This document shows positions 48,714 to 58,818 of a DNA stretch of 64,000 nucleotides, one piece after another (the stretch's first letter is position 1; each line of letters starts with the position of its first letter). Source of the DNA: Promethearchaeota archaeon (GTDB taxonomy: Archaea; Asgardarchaeota; Lokiarchaeia; Sigyniarchaeales; SOKP01). The stretch spans positions 96,001-160,000 of the forward strand of contig JAHPZA010000003.1 in assembly GCA_019058445.1 (NCBI GenBank), given 5' to 3'. The notes under the pieces are model-generated. The model was given only the letters and a program-made list of their open reading frames with translations. It searched no databases and was not told the DNA's origin. Both the position numbers and the translations under genes were made by a program.

Positions 48714-50894
48714 TCAACGCGCAATTGTTATTTTTATATCCACTGCACTATAACCTTTGATAAATGATAAGAGCGGATTAATATCAAGCTCAACTATCTC
48801 AGGAAAATCGTTAACCAACTGAGAAAGCCTTAATAATACATCGATAATCGCATCTATATCGGATCTGCTTTCTCCTCTAACTCCCTCGAGAAGACTGTAA
48901 ATTTTAGTGTTCTGGAGCATTTTCTTTGCATCTTCCTCTGTAAATTTATATGCTAATGCAAAAGATACATCTTTCAAAAAATTGGCATAAATTCCTCCGC
49001 TCCCGATCATTAACATGGGACCAAACTGAGGATCTCTTGACATTCCTATAATTAACTCGTTCACTTTCTCTTCTGCTTTAAAATCAATCATTTCTTGAAT
49101 CTCTACTCCATAGATTTTCGCAAGTCCACTACCATATTTCTTCACACTATCTATGATCTGGATATACGCCTCAAAGGCGTCTTGAGGTGTAATAACATTT
49201 AAAATAATCCCTCCGACATCTGTTTTATGAATGATTTGAGGGCTAACAATTTTCATTACCGTTTTTCCTGTCTTTTTTGCAACTTCTTCTTGTAATAGCA
49301 TTGCTTCTCTCGGAGTTCGGGCCAATTTTGATTTTGGAGATTTTATACCGTAATAATCAAAAATCTCACTTGTTTCATGACTCAGAAGGACAGTTCTCCC
49401 ATCCTCTCTTACACTTTGAAATAACTCTCTTACTTTCCCTTTATCTACATTAAACACAGGAATTTTTAAATCTTCTAATGGTTCTCTCTGTAAAAACTCA
49501 TGATGACTAATGAGAGTTTTAAGACAGTGAGCCGCCCTATCTGGAAAATGATAGCATGGAATATGATTGTCTTTTAAGAATTTACTTCCCTCTGCGATTG
49601 ATTTTCCTCCAATAAATGAACATACAACTGGTTTATCAGTCAAATATTCAGAAGAAATCTTATATATTAACTTAGCAACTTCGGTTGGTTTAGTTTGAGC
49701 TTGAGGAGTAACTATAATTAACGCTCCTTGGCTATTGATTTGATCTTCTTCTGTAGTTGTATCTGTTTTAGAGGAATTCAAGCCAAATATGGTTTTTATG
49801 GTAAATTCATATCGTGCTGGTGGTGCATCACCAACTATATCTACAGGATTAAAAATTGATGCTTCTAAAGGCAAATTATCTCTTAGTGCATGTAGCATTT
49901 TTTCATTAAATTGAGCAAATTTTAGATTTTCTCTTTCAAAGGCATCAGTAGCCACAATTCCTGGACCTCCTGCATTGGTAATTATAGCAAATGAATTTTC
50001 TTTGGGAATGGGTTGATAAAGAAATGTTTCACCAAAATCAAATAGATCTTCTATGGTTTTGGCTCTAATCACTCCACATTTTTCAAATGCTAAATCATAT
50101 GCAATATCTGAGCCTGCTAAAGCTCCAGTATGGCTTGAAGCTGCTCTTGCACCAGCTTCACTGACACCAGATTTAATAATTACCACAGGTTTCTTTCTAG
50201 TTGCTTTAGATGCAACTTCTAAAAATCTGTCTCCATCCTTTATGCTTTCTAAATAGCATAATATAACCTTAGTGTTGTCATCATTTGCAAGATATTCAAT
50301 AAAATCGGTTGCTCCAAGATCAGCCTTATTGCCTAAACTCACATTAACAGAAAAGCCAAATGCTTGATCCATAGAATAATCCATCATTCCAGTAAGCATT
50401 GCTCCTGATTGTGATATCATAGCTATATGCCCCTTCTTAGGGGTATCAACGGCAAAAGATCCATTGTAATTCAGACAAATAATCCCTAAACAATTCGGAC
50501 CAAGAATCCTCATACTATATTTCTGGCTAATTTTTATTAATTCTTCTTCTCTTTTGATTCCCTCTCCTCCAATCTCCTTGAAACCCGCTGAAATTACAAT
50601 TAAACCTCTCACTCCTTTTTTACCACATTCTTCTGCTATAGGTATTACAAATTTACTAGGAATAACAAAGATAGCAACATCAATCGGATCTGGTACACTT
50701 AATACAGATTCATATGCTGTTAAACCTAAGATAATTCCCCCCTTTGGATTGATTGGATAGATCTCTCCATTATAACCGGATGCTATGATATTATTTAAAA
50801 CAGTATTACCAACCTTTCCAACTGTGGAACTTGCGCCTATGATTGCTATACTTTTAGGATTAAAATAAAAGGAGATACCTTGTTTATCTTGCAT
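48714..50894 (-). CDS. acd: Acetate--CoA ligase (ADP-forming), fused alpha-beta
   Basis: PKSIAIIGAS, GPNCLG, SQSGA, ASSHTG (phospho-His), NPVD, HKTDVGG and ELDINP motifs. Confidence 0.93.
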   Translation of the reverse strand: MQDKQGISFYFNPKSIAIIGASSTVGKVGNTVLNNIIASGYNGEIYPINPKGGIILGLTAYESVLSVPDPIDVAIFVIPSKFVIPIAEECGKKGVRGLIVISAGFKEIGGEGIKREEELIKISQKYSMRILGPNCLGIICLNYNGSFAVDTPKKGHIAMISQSGAMLTGMMDYSMDQAFGFSVNVSLGNKADLGATDFIEYLANDDNTKVILCYLESIKDGDRFLEVASKATRKKPVVIIKSGVSEAGARAASSHTGALAGSDIAYDLAFEKCGVIRAKTIEDLFDFGETFLYQPIPKENSFAIITNAGGPGIVATDAFERENLKFAQFNEKMLHALRDNLPLEASIFNPVDIVGDAPPARYEFTIKTIFGLNSSKTDTTTEEDQINSQGALIIVTPQAQTKPTEVAKLIYKISSEYLTDKPVVCSFIGGKSIAEGSKFLKDNHIPCYHFPDRAAHCLKTLISHHEFLQREPLEDLKIPVFNVDKGKVRELFQSVREDGRTVLLSHETSEIFDYYGIKSPKSKLARTPREAMLLQEEVAKKTGKTVMKIVSPQIIHKTDVGGIILNVITPQDAFEAYIQIIDSVKKYGSGLAKIYGVEIQEMIDFKAEEKVNELIIGMSRDPQFGPMLMIGSGGIYANFLKDVSFALAYKFTEEDAKKMLQNTKIYSLLEGVRGESRSDIDAIIDVLLRLSQLVNDFPEIVELDINPLLSFIKGYSAVDIKITIAR

Positions 50895-51115
50895 AGTGGA
50901 ATTATGATATTTTTGAAATCAATATTAATATTTATTATTTAATAATTTTAAACTTTCATTCAATATTTAATTAGTTTCTTAGAGAATATTGATACTAAAT
51001 TGTTTGTTTTTAAATGTATAGGAAAAGTATTATAAATTTTGTTGATTTTCCTTTATTCATTGGAAATTTATGAAGTTCTAAAACTTTATAAGTATAATCT
51101 TTTTTTTTAATAAAA

Positions 51116-52801
51116 ATGGATAAGGATATTTTTGAAAAATTTGTCGAGAATATAAATGAAGGCTATTTATTAGTTGATAATCAACAAAATATACTTTATT
51201 CCAATAGTTTTACTGTAGAGTTGATTGGATATAAAAGCGATGAATTAAAGAAAATACGTTTTAGGGAAATTATCCATCCAAATAATTGGAAGGAAATGAA
51301 TGAAGCATTTAAAGAATCAAAAGAAAATATAGGAGCAACCACAAAATTCAAATCCTTTTTAATTAAAAAAAATAATATAAACCTTCCAATCGAGCTAAAT
51401 ATAAAATATCTATCTTGGAAAGGAACATATTATTATCTAATTATTTTACGAGATATAAGTAGAGATAGTTCAATAGAAAATAATAAAATTATTTCTCCCA
51501 AATTTGAACTATCCGATGAAGATATTGGGAGTTTAATAAATAAATCGGTATTGCAAGGATTTTTGGATGATTTTCATAAATTAACAAATATAGGAGTAGG
51601 AATAATGGATATGAATGGGAATATTCTTGCGGTAACTAACTGGCAAACCATTTGTATCAAATTTCATAGAGTACATCCAGAAATAATGAAGAATTGCACT
51701 GAAAGTGATACTATTCTCATAAAGGGACTCACTCCTGGAAAATATTCAATCTATAAATGTAAAAATAATATGTGGGATATAGCCACACCTATAATGTTAG
51801 GAAAAAAACGTATAGGTACGCTATTTATTGGACAATTTTTTTTTAAGGAAGAAGAAATAGATTATGAATGTTTCGAAAAGCAAGCAGAGAAATATGGTTT
51901 CAATAAAAAATTATATTTAAAGGCTTTAGATGAAGTACCTCGATTTAATAAACAAAAAATTGATATTGCTATAGACTTTTTAACTAAATTTGCTTCTCTG
52001 ATCTCCGAATTAAGCTATAGCAATTTAAGACTAAATTATTTGCTGCAAGAAAAGGCACAAATTGAAATTTCATTACTTAAACAAAAAAAAAAATTAATGA
52101 ATGCTCTTGAAAGTTCAGAATTTTACAAAGATTTACTGGTTCACGACATAGCGAATATACTTCATATTTTCCAAATGTCCTTGAGCTTAGTAGAAATGGA
52201 GAAAAATGAAGAGCTAAAAAATAAACGTTTTCAGGAATTAACTGAGATAATAAAAACAAATATAAATAAAGGTACTTCATTAGTTTCCAGAGTACGCCAA
52301 TTAATAAAACTTAACGAGGAAGATTATTCTAATAAAAAAGTAGATGTTAAAGAAATAATTACTAAAGCAATATTAAATATTAAGGCACAATTCAAAAATG
52401 AAAATATAAAGATTTTAAAAGAATTTCCTAAGGAAGATATAAGAGTTAGAGGGGGAAGTTTATTACTTGAAGCATTTGAAAATATTATGAAAAATGCTAT
52501 AATCCATAATGAAAATGAAGTTAAAAAAATATGGATAAGGATATCAAAAACACACTATAAAGATTATTCTTGTTTAAAACTCGAATTTGTGGATAATGGA
52601 AAAGGTATAGAAAATAATAAAAAAAATCTGATTTTCGAAAGAAGAGTTACTCAAGATATTAGTATTAAAGGAATGGGAATAGGACTTTCCCTTGTAAAAA
52701 GAATTATTGAGGAATATGGAGGAATAATTAAAGTTCAAGATCGAATAAAAGGAAAATATACAGAAGGATCAAATTTTATTCTACTACTTAGACAGTCCTA
52801 A
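51116..52801 (+). CDS. Soluble PAS-PocR histidine kinase
   Basis: PAS; PocR WQTICIKFHR..CTESD..YKCKNNMWD; H-box HDIAN, N-box ENIMKNAI, DNGKG and GMGIGL. Confidence 0.9.
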   Translation: MDKDIFEKFVENINEGYLLVDNQQNILYSNSFTVELIGYKSDELKKIRFREIIHPNNWKEMNEAFKESKENIGATTKFKSFLIKKNNINLPIELNIKYLSWKGTYYYLIILRDISRDSSIENNKIISPKFELSDEDIGSLINKSVLQGFLDDFHKLTNIGVGIMDMNGNILAVTNWQTICIKFHRVHPEIMKNCTESDTILIKGLTPGKYSIYKCKNNMWDIATPIMLGKKRIGTLFIGQFFFKEEEIDYECFEKQAEKYGFNKKLYLKALDEVPRFNKQKIDIAIDFLTKFASLISELSYSNLRLNYLLQEKAQIEISLLKQKKKLMNALESSEFYKDLLVHDIANILHIFQMSLSLVEMEKNEELKNKRFQELTEIIKTNINKGTSLVSRVRQLIKLNEEDYSNKKVDVKEIITKAILNIKAQFKNENIKILKEFPKEDIRVRGGSLLLEAFENIMKNAIIHNENEVKKIWIRISKTHYKDYSCLKLEFVDNGKGIENNKKNLIFERRVTQDISIKGMGIGLSLVKRIIEEYGGIIKVQDRIKGKYTEGSNFILLLRQS

Positions 52802-52883
52802 ACCCAGTTATAAAGGAAAAAATCAACGTAGTTAATAATATAATTAAATAAAATTTTTATTGAAAAAATCTACAATAGAATAT

Positions 52884-53360
52884 ATGACAAATATTACATT
52901 AATAACAAACAAAGGGAATATTAATATAAGACTATTTGATGAGGACGCGCCAATGACAGTTGCGAGCTTTTTATTTTTAGCGAACCAAGGATTTTATAGT
53001 GGAATTATCTTTCATAGGGTTATAGATAATTTTATGATACAAGGAGGAGACCCTACAGGTACCGGACGAGGTGGACCTAAACAGAAAGGAATAACTTCTT
53101 TTCCATATAAAGGGCAACAGATAAGTTATCCATTTCCTGATGAATTTCAGAGTGGAAGAGTATTTGATAAACCAGGGCTTTTGGCTATGGCTAATGCTGG
53201 ACCGAATACAAATGGATCTCAATTTTTTATTACTCATATAATTACAGATTGGCTTAATAATGCACATACTATTTTTGGAGAAGTCATAAGTGATTCTGAT
53301 CAAGCAGTAGTAAATTCAATTCGACAGGGAGATCAAATTCAAGAAATCAAGGTTCTTTAG
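52884..53360 (+). CDS. Cyclophilin-type peptidyl-prolyl isomerase
   Basis: FHRVIDNFMIQGGDP, LAMANAGPNTNGSQFFI and HTIFG motifs. Confidence 0.95.
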   Translation: MTNITLITNKGNINIRLFDEDAPMTVASFLFLANQGFYSGIIFHRVIDNFMIQGGDPTGTGRGGPKQKGITSFPYKGQQISYPFPDEFQSGRVFDKPGLLAMANAGPNTNGSQFFITHIITDWLNNAHTIFGEVISDSDQAVVNSIRQGDQIQEIKVL

Positions 53361-53514
53361 AAATCAAAAGCATAGATCTCAACATCTTTTTCCTAACTAT
53401 TTTCAATTAAATTTATAAAAGCGTTTCTTTATATCCTAATTAGAGCATTACAAATCAATAGAATTTAATTTTGTAAACTAGAATAAGATTTCTAATTAAA
53501 AGTTATTAGCAAAG

Positions 53515-54927
53515 ATGTCTCGAGACTTAAAAGATTTAATTGATGCTTTAGAAGAAAAAAATCAAGAACAAACAGAATTTGAAGTAAATGTTCGAGATCT
53601 TAAAGAAGAAATCGAAAGGTTGAAATTTACAAATAAAGAGCAAAAAAGATTAATTCAAGAGCAAAAGGAAAATCTTTCAAAAAGATTGGAAGTACCTGAA
53701 GATATTCAACTTTTAAAAGATGTAATTGTTTCACAGAGACAAGAAATAAAGAAAAAGGAACGAGATATTGAAATTTTAGAACAAAAATTAGAGGATATAG
53801 AAGTAAATAATGAGATCTCTAATCCTTCTCAAGAGAATGACGATTTAATTGATGCACAAAAATTAATCATTCAATTAACTGAAGAAAATGAAATGTATCA
53901 GTTAAATGAATCTAGTGCTAAAAAACTAATTAAGGAATTAACGGAATTAAATGATAAGTACCTTTATGATATCAAGAAGTTAAAACGCAAACTTGAAAAA
54001 ATAAAAACCGATACTTCTAAACCTGATGTAAACAATAAACAATTCTCTGAGACTGAACCTTATTCTTCTCAAGAAGTTGATAAATTAAAAAAGTATATAG
54101 AAGATTTAGAAGATGAGAATGAACGAATAAGGAAAAGAATAGAATCTGCTGATATTACCCATAATAATCTACTAGAGGAAATTGAGGTTATCTCGAAACA
54201 GAAATCAGATTTAAATCAAGAAATTAGTGAAAAAAATATTAAGATTGACGTATTAAACGAAAAGATTGAAACTTTAAAGCGTCAAAATAATGAATTGAAA
54301 GAAAATATTGCGTTTAATCAAAACCTAGAAAATATCTCTAAAGAAAAAGCAGAAATTGAAGATTTTACTGACATAAATAATTCTGAAATAGTAAAAAGCT
54401 TGAAACAAGAAAATCTTGAATTAAAAAACTCCATTAATAAATTATCAGAAAGTAGATTAAGTATTGAAAATTTGAAAGCAGACAATTTAAACCTTAATAA
54501 TGTAATCTCAGAACTAATTCTAAATCAATCTCAGGTAGTTAATCATGATATAGCCACGAATCAGTTTTTACCTAAATTCTATCAAGCTAATCTTTTCATG
54601 AGAATTTTTAACATTTTAGACAGTCCTAAAAAAGATCTCTTGATCAAAATTTTAATTCAAGATTTAATGACGACTCAGAATGATGACATTAAAAGAAGCA
54701 TCATCAATCTCTTAAGCTCTATAAAGGATAAGAGAATATATGATGTTCTAATAAAAATGATAAATGATGATGATTGGCTGACAAAGTTATATGTTATAAA
54801 ATCTCTCTATAACTTTGACGATAATGATATAAAAAATAACTTTGCCGAAGCGTTAAAAAAACTATTAAAAGATAAAGATTCGGATGTACGAGAAGCAGCT
54901 TCTTCTCTATTATCTAAAATATCATGA
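53515..54927 (+). CDS. Long coiled-coil protein with C-terminal HEAT repeats
   Basis: Heptad-rich N-terminal ~340 aa; DDDWLTK..IKSL and LLKDKDSDVREAA. Confidence 0.75.
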   Translation: MSRDLKDLIDALEEKNQEQTEFEVNVRDLKEEIERLKFTNKEQKRLIQEQKENLSKRLEVPEDIQLLKDVIVSQRQEIKKKERDIEILEQKLEDIEVNNEISNPSQENDDLIDAQKLIIQLTEENEMYQLNESSAKKLIKELTELNDKYLYDIKKLKRKLEKIKTDTSKPDVNNKQFSETEPYSSQEVDKLKKYIEDLEDENERIRKRIESADITHNNLLEEIEVISKQKSDLNQEISEKNIKIDVLNEKIETLKRQNNELKENIAFNQNLENISKEKAEIEDFTDINNSEIVKSLKQENLELKNSINKLSESRLSIENLKADNLNLNNVISELILNQSQVVNHDIATNQFLPKFYQANLFMRIFNILDSPKKDLLIKILIQDLMTTQNDDIKRSIINLLSSIKDKRIYDVLIKMINDDDWLTKLYVIKSLYNFDDNDIKNNFAEALKKLLKDKDSDVREAASSLLSKIS

Positions 54928-55097
54928 AAAAAAGATTTTAAATGATATCGCTTTTACTTTTATAAATTATCATTAATATTACATGAAAATAAATAAAAAA
55001 AGTAACTATTATTTAAATAAGAAAAATAGTACATTCTTCTTACAACTGAAAATAGTTGTATTAAAAATTTTACACACATTTTATTGAGAACAGCACC

Positions 55098-55358
55098 TTG
55101 AGAAAGTATACACTAGATAGATGGAACTGGAGTGAACGTTCAGGGAAATGGGTCTATGTCACAAAGAAGAAGGATGGTAAAAGAGAATATACTTATCAAC
55201 TTGAACCTCCAGCTGAATTCATAGAGCTTACAATGCAAATTAAGAAAATCAATGACAAATTGATAAAGATAAAAGATCCCGATGAAAATAAAAGACTTTT
55301 TTTACAATTAATCGATATTTCTAAGAAAATGCAGAACATGCATCGGGAAGAGGAATAG
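55098..55358 (+). CDS. 86-aa hypothetical protein, paralog pair copy 1
   Basis: Shares RK.T..RWNWS....KW......DGK..Y.Y.L.PP.EFIELTM with the next gene. Confidence 0.8.
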   Translation: MRKYTLDRWNWSERSGKWVYVTKKKDGKREYTYQLEPPAEFIELTMQIKKINDKLIKIKDPDENKRLFLQLIDISKKMQNMHREEE

Positions 55359-55608
55359 ACTGATATTTTTTGTCTTTTTTATGGTTTATTTTTTCTTTAC
55401 TGAAATTTCATATAATTTTGGGAAAAAGAACAAGTTTTCTGCTTATAAACGGATTAAAAGTTCAAGTATTAAGATTAAAATTCAAATTTTTATAGTAATA
55501 CGTTAATAACTTTCTAAAGAAAAAATATAAGCAGTTTCACATAAACTTTAAATTAAAAAGAACGATTTTCATAATTTTCTTTTTAGTAGTCTTTTAGGTA
55601 TTCGAGAT

Positions 55609-55863
55609 ATGTCAAGAAAATTGACACCAAATAGGTGGAATTGGAGTCAAAAAGATGAAAAATGGATTTTTATACAGCAAAACGACGATGGCAAAGAACT
55701 ATATTACTATAGACTAGATCCCCCTAAAGAATTTATAGAGCTTACGATGGAATTAAAAGAATTAAATGACGTTTTAATAATTACAAAGAATCCAGAAGAA
55801 AACGCCAAACTTTTTAACGAGATGATGAAAATTTCTAAAAGATTGCAAAATATGAAAATATGA
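55609..55863 (+). CDS. 84-aa hypothetical protein, paralog pair copy 2
   Basis: Co-linear with 55098..55358. Confidence 0.8.
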   Translation: MSRKLTPNRWNWSQKDEKWIFIQQNDDGKELYYYRLDPPKEFIELTMELKELNDVLIITKNPEENAKLFNEMMKISKRLQNMKI

Positions 55864-55888
55864 AATATGAAAAAACGCTATGAAATCT

Positions 55889-56620
55889 TTAATTAGTTCT
55901 TTTTCTTGATTGAATAAAATTATTTAAATCAATATTTAATTGACTAAATAAATTGAAATCCATCTTTAAGAATAATTTTAACGCAGATACTAAAGAGATA
56001 TTGTTCCCTATGGAAATATAAATAAATTTCTTAGAATATGGTTTAGGGATGGCATATCCAATTAAAGTTTCCTGAGAATAAACACCTTTTATATCCGGAA
56101 ATTGCTCAATTATTCTAAGATCTCCAAATAATAATTTCTTAGTATATCCAATAACGGGAACTTTTACATTTAAGCCAAAATCGCAAGCAGAACCGTATAA
56201 ATATGGATGAATTTGGCCACTTGAGTTTAAAATATAACAATCTGGTGTTAGATCTAACCCATTTATTAGTTCTAAATATATTTTAGTTTGATTAAGAAAT
56301 AGGATGGAAGGAAAATATCTAGTAAAGATAGGCTTGTATGATTTGAATTTAGTTAATAACGTCTTATTTTCTTTAATATTGTATATTAATATGCCAGAAT
56401 ATGAGAGTTCATCAATAAATTTCAATTTCATTATTCCAATGATGGCATATTTTTTGCGAATATCTATTTTATGAACTTTTTTAGCATTTTTTTTTTGATA
56501 TTCTCGAACCTCTGCTAATTTTGAAAAGCGAGTTTTTTTTAAATATGGTTTTACACATTCAGGGCAAACATAGTTATAAGTTATATCATGTTCTTTACAA
56601 ATTTTCGAATTGATCACCAA
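55889..56620 (-). CDS. Endonuclease V-fold protein, apparently catalytically degenerate, with N-terminal Zn finger
   Basis: YFPSILF (cf. PYIPGLLAFRE), NSSGQIHP..YGSACDFG (cf. DGNG.LHPR..G.A.H.G), PVIGYTKKLL and IYISIGN. Confidence 0.7.
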   Translation of the reverse strand: MVINSKICKEHDITYNYVCPECVKPYLKKTRFSKLAEVREYQKKNAKKVHKIDIRKKYAIIGIMKLKFIDELSYSGILIYNIKENKTLLTKFKSYKPIFTRYFPSILFLNQTKIYLELINGLDLTPDCYILNSSGQIHPYLYGSACDFGLNVKVPVIGYTKKLLFGDLRIIEQFPDIKGVYSQETLIGYAIPKPYSKKFIYISIGNNISLVSALKLFLKMDFNLFSQLNIDLNNFIQSRKRTN

Positions 56621-56826
56621 ACCTCCTTTTAATTAAGCACTATTTTTTATATTTAATAAGAACAACTGATTTCAAGTTAATTTATTATGCAATTAACTAA
56701 AGAAGCTTAATATTCCATAATAAAAAATTATATAAATTGAATATTCAATAATTACTTAAAATATTGATAAAAATAGAATCCTATTCGATTTTTACTTATC
56801 AAGTTAACTAAAAAAAGGTAATTAGT

Positions 56827-57630
56827 TTGAAGATAGCAGTTTCCGGAAAAGGTGGTGTTGGTAAAACTTTAATTGCAGGTACATTAGCAAGATTGTTTGC
56901 TAAAGATGGTTATAACGTTCTGGCTATTGATAATGATTCTGCGATGAATTTAAGTTATACATTAGGAATTGAGGAAAATATTAAAGCTAATATTGTACCA
57001 ATTTCAGAAATGAAAAAACTTATTGATGAGCGCACTACTGTGGCAGGGAAAGGATCGGGGATATATAATATTAATCCGGAAGTAGCCGATATCCCAGATA
57101 GATTCAAAGTAACAGGCCCAGATGGATTGCAACTTTTAGTATTAGGAACTGTTCAAAAACCAGCTTCTGGATGTCTTTGTCCTGAAAACGCCATGATTAA
57201 ATCTTTGGTGTATAATTTATTAGTTAAACGAGATGAAGTTATTATTGTTGATTTTGAGGCAGGTTTAGAACATCTTGGACGAGGTACAGCTAAAGGAATA
57301 GATGTTATGTTAGTAATAACCGAACCATCTCAAAAATCATTAGATCTTTGTTCAAAAATTATAAAACTTTCAAAAAGATTAGGTGTCATTAACGTGTACT
57401 TGGTTGCCAACAAAGTGTATGATGATTCTCAGCTGGACGTAATATATAAAACAATTAAAAGTTGGGAAGTTCCATTGTATCACACTATTCCTTATGACCC
57501 AGAAATAATTAATGCTGATCTAAATGGAAAATCTCCAATAGATTTTAATTCTAATTCTAAGGCTATTACCTCAATAAAGAGTTTATATGAAAAATTGAAG
57601 AAGTTAAAGGAAGAACTCTTTGATATTTAA
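56827..57630 (+). CDS. cooC: CooC-type nickel-insertion ATPase
   Basis: SGKGGVGKT, SGCLCPEN and DFEAGLEHLGRGT motifs. Confidence 0.9.
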   Translation: MKIAVSGKGGVGKTLIAGTLARLFAKDGYNVLAIDNDSAMNLSYTLGIEENIKANIVPISEMKKLIDERTTVAGKGSGIYNINPEVADIPDRFKVTGPDGLQLLVLGTVQKPASGCLCPENAMIKSLVYNLLVKRDEVIIVDFEAGLEHLGRGTAKGIDVMLVITEPSQKSLDLCSKIIKLSKRLGVINVYLVANKVYDDSQLDVIYKTIKSWEVPLYHTIPYDPEIINADLNGKSPIDFNSNSKAITSIKSLYEKLKKLKEELFDI

Positions 57631-57706
57631 CATATCATACTTCTTAAGCATTTTAAATCTAAAATATATTTTAGATTTTTTTTATTAAGTTTTACCTATA
57701 TTTGAG

Positions 57707-57949
57707 TTATAGCATATCGAGCATATCGAGGTCTTGATCTTCAGCAATTTCTTTCCATTGATTTATTGCGTCCATAGCTTCTTCTTCATTAATTTGCTCA
57801 ATTGCATATCCCGCATGGACAATCACATACTTTCCAATTTCAGGATTTTGAATTAAAGCAATAATTACTTTTTGTTTAATCCCATCAAAATCCACTAAAG
57901 CAGAATTCCCATCAATATTGATAATTTTACCTGGTATAGCAAGACACAT
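57707..57949 (-). CDS. hypC: Hydrogenase maturation chaperone HypC
   Basis: MCLAIPG and YVIVHAGYAI motifs. Confidence 0.95.
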   Translation of the reverse strand: MCLAIPGKIINIDGNSALVDFDGIKQKVIIALIQNPEIGKYVIVHAGYAIEQINEEEAMDAINQWKEIAEDQDLDMLDML

Positions 57950-58161
57950 AATAAACAGTTAAAAATAATTAATCTCTATCTAAATTGCATAATTTAACGA
58001 GCTAAAAAAAACTAATGATTATAAAATTAAATTATAGGATTTTATTTAACGAAATTTAAAAAATATTCCTTAAATAATAAAAATTTAAAATTTCAAAGGA
58101 ATAAATAAATCTAATAAAATTAATTATAGAACTACTATAAAATTCAAAGAGAAGATGTAAA

Positions 58162-58713
58162 ATGTTTTTAGATAAATTAATAGATTTTCCAAAAAATAAA
58201 TTTATTGTATTAATTATAATAGTAGCCTTTATTTTAGGAGTTTTTATAAGTCAGTATTTTATGGCACCAATTGAAGCGGAATTGAAAAGTTCGACGGGAT
58301 ATGGTGTCATAGAGTTTGAATTTGCATGGACTTCAGAACAAATAAATAGAATTTTTATAGCATGGGGATCAGAGGGAAAGAAAAAAGAAGCATTTGTAAC
58401 ATATATAGATTTTATTTTTATACCCTGCTATAGTCTATTTATGGCAGGATCTATTTTACTGGTAATACGTAATCTAGAGGGAAGAGTTCAAGAAATTGGA
58501 TTAGTTATGACTATATTACCATTCATAGCTGGAATATTCGATGTTATTGAAAATATAAATCTGTTATTAATGTTAAGTGATGATGGTTTCATATGGTCAT
58601 TAAGTCCATTTATCGCTTCACTATGTGCGACGATTAAGTTTAGCTTAATATTTATTGCAATAATATTCTTTATCGTGGCGCTCATAATTGGAATTATTAA
58701 GAAATTTAAATAA
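58162..58713 (+). CDS. Hypothetical 4-TM membrane protein
   Basis: Hydrophobic segments; EFAW, DFIFI..Y and FDVIEN motifs. Confidence 0.7.
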   Translation: MFLDKLIDFPKNKFIVLIIIVAFILGVFISQYFMAPIEAELKSSTGYGVIEFEFAWTSEQINRIFIAWGSEGKKKEAFVTYIDFIFIPCYSLFMAGSILLVIRNLEGRVQEIGLVMTILPFIAGIFDVIENINLLLMLSDDGFIWSLSPFIASLCATIKFSLIFIAIIFFIVALIIGIIKKFK

Positions 58714-58818
58714 GCTCTTTTTTATGTTTTTTTTTCAAACCTAAATACAAAGCTAATTAGCATTTTGTATACCGGAAAAAACAATAAGAAAATTTAAAAA
58801 AAAAAATAAAGATTATAA

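Noticed and set aside
55851-55886. Short tatgaaa repeats at a convergent gene end
   Set aside because: Low-complexity AT-rich sequence, expected by chance.
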